From: Camelus dromedarius
Lineage: Eukaryota
Reading direction: 5' to 3'
Assembly: GCF_036321535.1 (NCBI RefSeq)
Contig: NC_087437.1
Location: 62,436,001 to 62,500,000, forward strand
DNA length: 64,000 nt
Shown: in pieces, positions 44,601 through 55,696 of the stretch
Layout: the number at the start of each line of letters is the position of its first letter
How positions within the stretch are numbered: the stretch's first letter is position 1
Position numbers and translations under genes: made by a program
The notes under the pieces: generated by a model
Told to the model about the DNA's origin: nothing
The model's input: the letters and a program-made list of their open reading frames with translations, nothing else
Databases searched by the model: none

Positions 44601-46903
44601 CACAATTACTTCTATCACCACAGGGAAGCCTACAGCCACCTCAGCCTCCACAGTTCCTCCTACAACCACAGAGGAGCCTGTAGCCTCCTCAGCTTCCACA
44701 TCTCCACCCACTACCACTGAGCCTCCTACCACCTCCTCAGCTGCCACAGTTTCTCCTGCCACCACAGAGAAGCCTACAGCGTCCTCAGCTGCCACAGTTC
44801 CTCCTATGACCACAGAGGAGCCTACAGCCTCTTCAGCTTCCACAGCTCCACCCATTACTACCGAACCTCCTACAGTCTCCTCAGCTACCACAGTTCGTCC
44901 TACCACCACTGAAAAGCCGACTCTGTCCTCAGCTACCACAGTTTCACCCATAACCACTGGGCTGCCTACAACCTCTTCAGATGCCACTATGCCTCCTACC
45001 ACCTCTGAGAGGGCTACACCCTCCTCATCTACCACAGCTCCTACCATTACCACTGAGCCTCCTGCAGTCTCCTCAGCTGCCACAATTACTTCTATCACCA
45101 CAGGGAAGCCTACAGCCTCCTCAGCTACCACACTTCCTCTTACGACCACAGAAAAGCCTACTCCATCCTCAGCCACAATGGCTCCACCGACAAAGACGGG
45201 GCCACCTACTACCTCCTCAGATGTAACAATGTCTCCTATCACCACAGGGAAGCCTACAGCCACCTCAGCCACCACAGTTCCTCCTACAACCACAGTGGAG
45301 CCTATAGCCTCCTCAGCTTCCACAGCTCCACCCACTACCACTGAGCCTCCTACCGCCTCCTCAGCTGCCACAATTACTTCTACCACCACAGAAAAGCCTA
45401 CAGCCTCCTCATCTCCCACAGTTCCACCCACAGCCACTGAGATGCCTACACCCTCCTCATCTACCACAGCTCCTCCCACTACCACTGAGCCTCCTGCAGT
45501 CTCCTCAGCTGCCACAATTACTTCTATCACCACAGGGAAGCCTACAGCCACCTCAGCCTCCACAGTTCCTCCTACAACCACAGAGGAGCCTGTAGCCTCC
45601 TCAGCTTCCACATCTCCACCCACTACCACTGAGCCTCCTACCACCTCCTCAGCTGCCACAGTTTCTCCTGCCACCACAGAGAAGCCTACAGCGTCCTCAG
45701 CTGCCACAGTTCCTCCTATGACCACAGAGGAGCCTACAGCCTCTTCAGCTTCCACAGCTCCACCCATTACCACCGAGCCTCCTACAGTCTCCTCAGCTAC
45801 CACAGTTCGTCCTACCACCACTGAAAAGCCGACTCTGTCCTCAGCTACCACAGTTTCACCCATAACCACTGAGATGCCTACAACCTCTTCAGATGCCACG
45901 ATGCCTCCTACCACCTCTGAGAAGCCTACACCCTCCTCATCTACCACAGCTCCTACCATTACCACTGAGCCTCCTGCAGTCTCCTCATCTGCCACAATTA
46001 CTTCTACCACCACAGAGAAGCCTACAGCCTCCTCAGCTACCACATTTCCACCCACAACCACTGAGATGCCTACACCGTCCTCATCTACCACAGCTCCTCC
46101 CACTACCACTGAGCCTCCTACCACCTCCTCAGCTGCCACAGTTTCTCCTACCACCACAGAGAAGCCTGCAGCCTCCTCAGCTACCACAGTTCCTCATACT
46201 ACCATGGAAAACCCTCCTCCCTCTTCAGCTACCACAGTTCATCCTACATCCACGGAGGAGCTTACACCCTCCTCAGCCTCCACAGTTCCTCTCACTACCA
46301 CTGAGCCTCCTGCAGTCTCCTCAGCTGCCACAATTCCTCCTACAGAGAAGCCTACAGCCTCCTCAGCTACAACAGTTCCACCCACAACCAGTGAGAAGTC
46401 TACTCCCTCATCATCTACCACAGCTCCTCCTACTACCACTGAGAAACTTACAACCTCCTCAGCTGCCACAATTAATCCGACCACCACAGAGAAGCCTATA
46501 ACCTCCTCAGATGCCACAATGCCTCCAACCACCACTGAGAAGCCTTCTCCCACCTCAGGTGCCACAGATCTTCCTACCACCACCATTAAGCCTATTGCCT
46601 CCCCAGCGACTACAGTTCCTTCCACCACGTCAAAGAATCCTACACCACAGTCAGTTACCACAGCTTCTACGATAACCACCGAGAAGCCTACTGACTCCTC
46701 AGAGTCTACGGTTCCTGCCACCTCCACAAAGAAACCTGCTCCCTCTTCAGCTACCACAATTCCTACTACTACCATGAAGATTTCTTCTCCCACCTCAGGT
46801 ATGACATCTCCTCCCACCACCACAGAGAAGCCTACTCCCCCCTCAGCTACTTTGAGCAGTGGTACTTGACCAGAAACCAACAGCCCAAATCCTGGTCCCA
46901 CAG
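35681..46903 (+). CDS. MUC13: Mucin-13 exon 2: giant PTS (mucin) domain. Ends at 46798 (stop-free) or 46903 (includes in-frame TGA at 46867-46869)
   Basis: Acceptor actaacctcttcatccacag|AT with a branch-point-like ctaac, phase 1 in frame with exon 1 (G+AT=Asp, then VIIIPTMTDNC...). 3722-codon Thr/Pro/Ser-rich ORF. Donors CAG|GTATGA (46798) and CAG|GTAAGA (46903) are both phase 1. Confidence 0.9.
35900..46860 (+). repeat. Coding VNTR: ~225-230 units of 48 bp (16 aa) with an 18-unit higher-order repeat
   Basis: The marker gaaaagcctac(t/c)ccatcctcagcc recurs at 36040, 36520, 37381, 37669, 38530, 40306, 41167, 42031, 43375, 44239 and 45151. All spacings are n x 48 or n x 48 - 3. Confidence 0.95.
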
Positions 46904-47554
46904 GTAAGAGCTATATCCTCAAAGACTCCTTATTGAGGAGTTCAGCGTGATGAATGATGGTAAGTAACTGTGTTCTGTTGTAGTAGGAATGAGCATATAA
47001 AGAGAACCAAGGTTTCCTTGAATGCAAACCTCTGGAGTTAAAAACCTGAGTCACAAAGCCTGATGGTGATGACAGAGATGCTACAAGATTGCCTGTAGTT
47101 CCATTCTGTTCTCCTTTCCTCCAGCTATTTGCCAGATGGGGAATATTTTTTTGAACTTGGACTTCAGAAAAGCTGCTTTTCCAGATTCTTTCTCCCTAGG
47201 AGTTTTTTGGAAATACTTTTAGATTCTCTGAGAAGATTAGGTCTGAGTAAGTACACTGACTCTCCAGCCCCACTGGTCTAGATCCCTGGTCTCCTGAAGG
47301 AAGGAGTCAGTGCTACCCCAATTCCTGACCAAGTGCTATTGAGAAATATGACATTGCAAAAGTAGCTGATCGCAATTTGGAATTTGAGGGATAAAAAGCC
47401 AAACCACAGCAGTGCTCAGTCCTCGTCCTAGACGTGAGCAGAGCCATGGTCCAGAGGATGGGTGTTTGGGGGTACTAAGAGAGGACAATTGACCTCAAGC
47501 CAAAGTTACTGAAACAGAAACCACTTGCCTCATTTCCCAAAACTTGGTCTAGAG

Positions 47555-47780
47555 CAACGGTCAGCAAGTTTTATCAGTGAAGGCAAACTAGTAAATATTT
47601 TAGGTTTTGTGGGCCACAATGAGGTCTCTGTTACAACCACTATGCTCTACCATTTTAATATCAAAGCAGCTGTAGACAATATATAAATGAATATGCCTGA
47701 CTGTGTACCAATAAAACTTTATTTACAAAAACAGAAGACTGCCCAGAATTGGCTCCTGAGTGAGAGTTTGCCAACCCCTG
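47555..47780. mobile_element. MER58A-like hAT MITE
   Basis: Ends caacggtcagcaag and gtttgccaacccctg. 8-bp TSD-like flanks gtctagag and gtctaaaa. Internal gtaaatattttaggttttgtgggcc and ccaataaaactttatttacaaaaacag. Confidence 0.85.
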
Positions 47781-48554
47781 GTCTAAAAGAATACTCAAAC
47801 CTAGACTTAAAGGGTCTAGATAAACTCTGTTATTCTCAGAAAGGGAAACTGAGGCCCAGCAAGGGCAGCAAGTTGCCCAAAGTCAAAAAACAATTGATGT
47901 CTCCCTACGCTTACTTCTTTGGCTTCCCTAATGTTCTTGGATAGATCTGAGATACAGATGATTAAGCAAATGGAGGCAGAGCATGTGTCACAACCGGATT
48001 CCCAGTCTTCTTTCATGACAGGAGGAGCCACTCTGAAGGCAGCTACACAAATCAGTTCTCCTGTAATCAGGAAAAGGAGCTTTTCTAAGCCTTTCTGCCC
48101 TCCAGACACTCACAGAGTAAGGCAGTCTTGTTGTGTTCTGGCCCTACACTCACTAACTGTGGGGTGCAGGGCAAATCACTTTTATCTTGGCTTCCACTTG
48201 CTCATCTGTAATAAGGCGTGATTGAACTAAATAGCCACCCAAATCCCTTTTACGCTGTAACATCATTTGACTTCATTCCCGGATGCAGAAGTCTGTCCTT
48301 TATTGCAAGGGAGAAAGCATGCAGGGAGTTATCTGTCCGGTGTGTCCAGAATGGAGCTGCACTCAGTTTCTTCCACAGGATTTTCCAAATCATCCTTGCA
48401 GTGTGGCTGAGGCTTTTTTTTAAAATCCATTTACTTTACTTAGAATACTGGTTTATACCTTGTTGGAGGGGTGATCCTTACTGTTGCTTATGAAATACTG
48501 TACTGTGCCTCCTGTGTATCACATAGCCTGGTTTTATTTTTTTTCCACTCTTAA

Positions 48555-48950
48555 AAAAAATGAAATCACACAGTATATAGCTTTTTCAGATTAGCTTCTT
48601 TCATTTAATAATGTGCATTTAAAATTTCTCTATGTCTTTTCAAGTCTTGAACACTGAAATATTCCATTGTGTGGCTGTACCACAGTTTGTTTATTCACTC
48701 ACCTACTGAAGGACATCTTGGTTACTTCCAAGTTTGGGCGATTATGAATAAAACTGCTATAAGTATTCGTGTGTAGGTTTTTGAGTGGATCCAAGTTAGT
48801 ATATACTTAGTATTTTTATTGAGTAAATACTACAGTGGACGCTTGTTGAATCACATGGTAAGAGTATGGTTAGTTTTGTAAAAATCTGCCAATCTGTCGT
48901 CTCAAGTGGCTGTACCATTTTACATTCCAAGCAGTATGAGAGTTCCACAC
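48555..48950 (-). mobile_element. Old L1M 3' fragment (antisense)
   Basis: Contains attccattgtgtggctgtaccacagtttg...gaaggacatcttggttacttccaag...gtggctgtaccattttacattcc. Confidence 0.8.
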
Positions 48951-49209
48951 CAGTACCATTTTATTTTTTATTTTTTAATAAAAGTAATTAGGTCTATATT
49001 TAGGGGGAAAAGTTTAACAGGGCAAAAGTATATGCAGTAAAAACTAAGTCTCCTTCCCATCCTAAACCCCTAGGACCCAGACCCCCAGGTTCCTTCCTCA
49101 AAGGCAACTTCTGTGGCCAGCTGTTTGTGTTTGGGCAAATACAAACATACACACTTGTATGTTTGTATGTGGTCCCCTCCTTTATCATAAAACAGAGCAT
49201 GTTATTACT

Positions 49210-49910
49210 AGATACATGCCCAGGAGTGGAATTGCTGAATCATATAGTAGTTCTGTTTTTAGTTTTACCATATGATCCAGCAATTCCACTCCTGGGTATA
49301 TATCCAGAAAAAAAAAAACACTAATTCAAAAAGATATATGCACCTCAGTGTTCACAGCAGCTTTATTTACAATGCCCAGGACATGGAAGCAACACAACTG
49401 TTCATCAACAGAGATTGGATAAAGAAAATATTATATTTTTATTATATTTATTATATTTTTATACACACACACACACACAATGGAATATTACTCAGCCAAG
49501 AGAAGAATGAAATAATGCCATTTGTAGCAACATGAATGGACTTAGAGGGCATTATGCTAAGTGAAATAAGTCAGACAAAGAAAGGCAAATACTGTATGGT
49601 ATCACTTACATATGGACTCTAAAAAATAATACAAATGAAAATATATGCAAAAAAAAACAGACTCACAGATATAGAAAACAAACTTGTGGTTACTAAAGGT
49701 GAGAGGGACAAATTGGAGGTATGGGATTATTAGATACAAACTTCTATGTATAAAGTAGATAAGCAACTAGGATATATTATATAGCATAGGGAATTACAGC
49801 CATTACTATATAATAATTTATAGTATAATCTGCAAAAACACTGAATCCCTATGCTGTACACTTGAAACTAATATAACATTGTAAATCAACTATACTTCAA
49901 TAAGAAAAGA
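49210..49910 (+). mobile_element. 5'-inverted truncated L1 (inverted piece 49210-49265, sense 3' end 49266-49910)
   Basis: Sense portion reads accatatgatccagcaattccactcctggg...gaaataatgccatttgtagcaacatg...aatcaactatacttcaataa. It is preceded by an antisense copy of overlapping L1 sequence. Confidence 0.8.
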
Positions 49911-50834
49911 GACTATGTTATACACATTGTAGCTTATACACAGCTTTTTCTCAAGAGCAGTGATTTTCACCTATAGGATCATGTGAATCTTAAGACAACT
50001 CTGAAGGTTGTCAGTCACATGATCTATTCTGAAATCAAAGCTCAGAATCATTTCAGTGGACAGAGATGAAGAAAGTGGCCAGCCAAGACCACTGTTTGGC
50101 CAGTGACCTATCTTCCCTTCTCAGATCCCAACAGTTCTACAGAGATAGGAAGGATGCTGCACCTGGCCTCGTCTTGGAGTCCTGGCCAGTGGTGCAGAGA
50201 CCACTGTAACATTCTTCTCACCATTTATTCACGTCATCCACTCAGAAAGCCAGAGGGTAGAGTGTCCCCGCATTGCTTGCTCTTGGAATGTTCACTGAGT
50301 TAATCCACATTGTTCCCTTACTATCCCTTTCCTTTCTTCCTGGGTCTGTATGCCATGATGCTAACCAGAATAGAATATCTAGGTTCTTTTTGGAGCGTCC
50401 TGCCTGGTCTTCCCTGTAATTGAGCTATTCACATCTTCCTGAAAAAATATGATGCTTTCTCTAAAATGGTTGTGGGAGCCCTACCTAGTGTTGGAGGACC
50501 AGACGTCAAGGTTCTGGAGGATCCTTGAGGTCCAACATATTTCCATACTCCTTGCAGTTAGAAGACTGCTATCCCTCTCTGAGCAGACTCTTACCCACCA
50601 AACTCTGACCTTTACTGTTGACAAGCGCTTGGCTCCAGAATTTTAGCAACAGACTTCCTAGAGACGTAAGAAAATATGTATTTGTTTCTAGCTGTTCTAA
50701 GAGGGTACCATGGAATAGCACAGCTAAGGAACAGAAAGTGCCTGGGAGGGAGGCATGAAGGTTTAAAAGTATGTTTCTGGGTGTTATTTGTTGTCAATCT
50801 ATGGATTTTTTAATCTCTTTCTACTCCATTGCAG

Positions 50835-50957
50835 GTCCCACCAACCCTTGCCAAGAGGATTCCTGTAAGGGTGGTTCTTCGTGTGTGAGTCTGAATGATA
50901 CATTTTTCTGCCTGTGTCCAGAAGGGCAATACTATAACTCTTCCACATGCAGTAAAG
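50835..50957 (+). CDS. MUC13: Mucin-13 exon 3: EGF-like domain (GPTNPCQEDSCKGGSSCVSLNDTFFCLCPEGQYYNSSTCSK)
   Basis: Six-cysteine EGF pattern. Acceptor ttgcag| and donor AAG|gtgagt, phase 1/1. Confidence 0.93.
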
Positions 50958-52148
50958 GTGAGTGACAAGGGATGAACCATGTAGACCTGCACCTCAGACC
51001 TAAAGTGGAATAGAAAACTTAAAATGATGGTGAAAAGAGCCTCCAGAATTCTAAAGGTAGAGGCAAATTTGGAGGCCACAAAGCCCCACCAAGTAGAGAA
51101 AAGGCACCTGTCTTTATCTCACTGGGACCTAGTGGGAGAGGAAATGGACCGAGTCAGACCTGGGAGCTAGTCCTGAAGGTACAGGAGTGCATGTGTCCCT
51201 TCACCTCACCAGTTCAAGGAAAGGTGCCATGGGGTCAAAATGAGAATGAGAGGTGCTGAAGTCCCTGACAAAGTACAAAGGCTGCATAAACACAGGGTGG
51301 TGCTGCTCCGTGGCTGCTCTGATACAGAATAAGGCCGTATGCCTAAAACCACTCAGCCAGACAAGCCGGGCTACTTCGGCTCTGACCTTGGTCCTGTTCT
51401 GTGTTGTCATAGGATTTGCTTCTTCCAAACACCAAACCCTATTTTTGGAGACTTAAGAGCTTCTCAGCTCTGGAAACGGACTTTAGGAGCAAATCAGCAC
51501 GACACTTTTTTGGTTAGACCAGCTGACTGCTAATGAAAGTCCAAAGCTGTTTACTGATTTATAAATGTGGATCTGTTTTCTGAATGAGAAATACCCTTCC
51601 TTCCCAGAGCAGACCAACTCTATAGGACATGAATGAACTGTACTGGCCACAGGGATTAGAGATATACCAAAACGCAGAAGGATGTCCTATCTTAAGCACT
51701 AATAATCTCATTTCTGAGGGTGCACTCTAAGTAAATGACCTCCAAAATAGAAAGCTCTGTGTATGAAGACGTTCACTGCAAGCTTTTTTTCCCTTTTAAA
51801 TAATTAAAAGCACTAAAAAAAATCAATGGAGGGAACATGTATTTCATAGAATACTATATAGTATTTAGAATGATAGTTATGAAGCCTAAGTAATAATTTG
51901 GAAAAATGTTTATTATGTAATAATAAGTAAAGAAGACTCGTGATATATATTGGAGCTATAACGATGTAAACCAGGCACTGAAAAAAAACAGAGCTGGGAG
52001 AAACAGGGGGTAATGTTTTTCGTATTCCTATACTACCAGTAGTATCTTCATAAGTTTAGAATTTTTTTACAATAATCTATGTTTTAAACAAAATGGAAAT
52101 GGCCCTTTTTACATTAAGTATCACAGAAATATTCTGCTTGAATTTCAG

Positions 52149-52255
52149 GAAAGATATTCCCTGGTACAATTACATTCAAAACATCAAATATAGAGGACTT
52201 GAAAGATGAAAATTCTGTGGCCTATCAAAAATTACATTTTGAAATTACTGAATTT
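52149..52255 (+). CDS. MUC13: Mucin-13 exon 4: SEA domain start (GKIFPGTITFKTSNIEDLKDENSVAYQKLHFEITEF)
   Basis: Manual translation resembles MUC13 GKVFPG...S.AYQ.LH.EIT. Acceptor tttcag| and donor |gtaagt, phase 1/0. Confidence 0.9.
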
Positions 52256-55200
52256 GTAAGTATTTTCCAACTGTCTTTTCCATACAGATATTCTTTATTC
52301 TAACACTGACTTGTAGACTAGAGACTGACATTCAGGTGGTTCACATGGGTATGGCTGTACCAGTGGTTCAAACAGAGAAATGCACCCTTATTGGCTGGTA
52401 AACAGTAACTGTCCCCAGCTCCTGGGTGTCACTGCTTCCTGGTTGCCCGGCTCCTCCTCTGGGGCCCTGGTCCCCGCACCCCTGCCCCTACACCTGGCGG
52501 CCATGCCATACTCGTTCTTACAGAGGCTATTAAAATATTTTTAAATGGAGAGATAAATGTAATGATGCTTTAAAATAAATTATTTTCATAGTCTTGAAGA
52601 GAAAAAAAATTAAAGATGTTTTTCTTTTTACAATCAAATTTGCACATTTTCCTGTGCTTGTCTGGCTTTTTTAACATCTGGAAGAGGAACTCCATCTGAA
52701 TTAACATCCGTTATTTCATTTTCCCATGTTCAAAAATGTCAAAATGAACAATAGCTTCGTTTCATTTTGATTACTGTGAGTAAGAATGTCAACATGGAGA
52801 GATGGAGATCTTCATTCTGGACCAGCTGCTGTCAGATCTGGAAGGTCTTAGGGCCTCCGGCCAGTATTTCTCAAAGTTTGGTTTTGAAGAAGAAAATGTT
52901 AGCTTGTAAATACATCTTAGAATTCTAGTAAGATGTTAAAAATTAAAACCTTACTCTATGTCAGTGTCTTTCAATTTGAAATTATATCATTACAAAAGAG
53001 TTTTGTTATTATAATTTGTTAAACGTGAAAAATTATTATCCAAGTGATTTACAGACAGTATAGAGAGAGTGAGGGCTCACTAGCAAACAGCTGGTGCCAG
53101 GCACTGTGAGCAGTGCCCGGGTGCCCCGGGCTTGCCCTGCCCCTTTGCTGCACCACCTGTGCACCAGGGGCCAGCTGGACGGACTTAGCCTCTCACCCTG
53201 GGTCTACATTCCAAATCCCCGCTTGCATGATACGTGCTACATTGAGGACAGTAACACCAGTGTGTTCCTGCTTCCAGGGAACCCCTGATGGTCTTGTGTG
53301 GCTTTACCAATCTCTGGCCACTGTGGCCACTGCACTTCCCAACTTGCTCTGAGTACGAGTGTCCAAAACCCCCTCTGGCTACAGGCCTAGGCCCCGGGCT
53401 TCAGAGTCTAGTTCAGTGACTTGATCTCAGGCAGGTCTTGATGGTCCCGGGGAACCAGGAGGGTATAGAGCACTCTTGTAATTTCTAAGAGGCTATCAAT
53501 CTGAAAGGGAAGCACCAGAACTCCTTTGCAACAAAAAGAGGCGGGGAAAGAGAGACATTTACTTTCTTCCAGGTCCACTTAGCAGACTCTATAGCCAGGG
53601 CAGTGCCAGCTCAGGCCCTGAGACGTCTCCCAGGGTCCTTTTTGTCCCCAGATAGATTCAAAGGGACAGTCTGCACAGGGTTTTGAAGTTTCCCTACTGC
53701 TGCTGTACCTGGCATTTTATGCATAATATTTCTAGTTCTCAAAATCGCCACATGGGGGAGACGGTGCTGTGGAACTGTTCTGCAGGTGAGGTAGGCAGTC
53801 AAGGATCAGGAAGGCTGAGTAACTGGCTGAAGGTCGCCCAGCTGATGAGTGAGGACGGGGTGGGGGGATGTGAACCCAGACCTGCCTGACCACGGAGCTG
53901 CTTCTCCTTCCTTGCTGTCTCTGCTGTGCAGTGGAAGCCGGCAGGCCTGTTTGGATAACTCCTGCCCTCCTGCCCAGCCTTGCAGCACTTCCGCTGAAGA
54001 GGTGCATATCCCCAAATCCTCAAAGGGTGGCAGGAAGAGGGAAAAATGGAAACCTTTTTCCAATGGCAGATGCTAATTCTGCAATCTCTTCTTTGAGATT
54101 AAGGAAATTAAATGGGCAGTGGTCAGTAGGGGAGATGATGGAAACTTGGAGGTCATTCAGCAAACTTTTTTCAAGTAGACACCTGGGGCCCTGATGGTTT
54201 ACAGAAATACCAGCCCTTCCTAATATTTAAAAGAATTGAAAAGGAATCTGACATATTCCAGATATAAGGCTGCCCAGAATAAGGAGAGCATCAAATTTAT
54301 TTGAATTTGACTAGAATGAAAGAGAAATGTTCTAACATCTTTCTAAGTGACATTGGTTGCCAAGATCTTTTAAAATGTAGGGCCCCCATGGGAGAAAAAT
54401 AATAAAATTCTTGGATTCTAAAACAGTTGCACCAACCCAGTTCAACACTCATGTAATAAACATGGAGACTGGGGCCCAAAAAGGAGAAGACACGTCCAAG
54501 GTCATGACTTTCACATTTAATTCCCTCAGTCATCAGTCAGCTGGTGTGGGTGTTTCCTGGGGGCTGCCTGGTGCTGGACGCTGTGGGACGAGGATAGGGG
54601 TGAGCAGGCGGGAGGGGGGTTGTGTCATAAGAAAGAGAAAATGAATCTCATTTGTGTCATCAAAGAACTTACGTTCTAATTGGGACCCCCCATCCCCTCA
54701 CCCCTGCCAGAGTCCCAGCTTTACCTCTGGCCACGTCTGTATAAATTTCTAGAGTTGTCTCTGCTCCTGGGACACAACTCGAGCCTAGCAAGATCTACCT
54801 GTGCTGGAGCCCCTTCCAACGCACAAAGCCACGATCCTTTACTCCCCCTCCTCGTCTACACCTGCGGCCTTGGGTGGTGGAAATTACTGCTATCTCACAC
54901 TTCCCAGTCAGACAGCGAGGTTCAAAGAAAGCTGACAGGGGGAGAAAGGTGGCACTTGAGCCTGCTCAGCTCTGAGCCCTGCCACCTCTGAAGGCCGGCC
55001 CGGGCTGCCGCTCCCTCCGCGCTGCCGCTCGCTCCACGCCCTGGCCCCGCACCACCCGCTGAAGTGCTGGAAGGCTGCTCTCCTTTGTGCCGCTCGCTCT
55101 GCTTCTCTGCAGCCTGGAGGGAGTTTCTCTGAACGCCCAGGGTAGATCATACTCTCTGTGGTGCTCCCCTCACTCAAGTTCATGGTGTAGCCCCCATTGG

Positions 55201-55640
55201 CTCTCAGGCTGGTTCTGCCCACCTTGGTCATCTCCGTGTTCCTGGCCTGACGCCCTGGGAAGGCAGGCAATTATGTGTTCCTGGATAAATGATGAGTGTA
55301 TGAAGTTTGCATACAGGTAAGTGTAACAGACTTGCAGAACTTCACCGTGGCTTTGATAAGACAAAACTGAAGTTAGTCAGCTGATTTTTAAGAGAGTGAT
55401 CATTGATTAGACTGAGTGCTTTAGGTTTCCTGCTTTTTCCTGGGTAGCTCTGAATTATATCAGAATCTTACTATTTCAAAGCAACACTTACTGAAAGGTG
55501 TTAGAGCGTATGTAAAGAATAAATAATTTGCTGTATTATTTGTATAAATGAGTTTAGAAATGGACTTATGCTAAAACATAGATACAATATCACATTTCCC
55601 CCCTCTTTGTAGTTATTAAATCTGTACTTTTCCTCCACAG

Positions 55641-55696
55641 TTTAAAAAGGCATTTAACAATTCTGATTACGGACAGACTGTAATTGTTAAAATAAG
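55641..55696 (+). CDS. MUC13: Mucin-13 exon 5: SEA domain (FKKAFNNSDYGQTVIVKI)
   Basis: Acceptor cttttcctccacag| and donor AAG|gtaagt, phase 0/2. YGQTVI motif as in MUC13. Confidence 0.9.

Noticed and set aside
39704..46501. Alternative-frame Pro/Leu/Gln ORFs within the array
   Set aside because: Frame-shifted readings of the same tandem repeat.
35900..46860. Regular short-period array superficially like CRISPR
   Set aside because: No unique spacers; it is a eukaryotic coding VNTR.
46867..46869. TGA as a selenocysteine codon
   Set aside because: The context is Cys-free PTS sequence, MUC13 is not a known selenoprotein, and the 3' UTR is outside the window so no SECIS can be assessed.
35850..46901. 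Very long minus-strand ORFs (3058, 386 and 220 aa; Val/Gly/Ala/Glu-rich)
   Set aside because: They are the antisense shadow of the mucin repeat, whose unit lacks a stop in that frame. One point change (CTA at 37011) breaks it, and there is no independent gene structure.
49139..49168. Perfect 13-bp stem hairpin (atacaaacataca-cact-tgtatgtttgtat)
   Set aside because: Low-complexity AC/TG sequence, too short for a miRNA precursor; likely chance or local fold-back.
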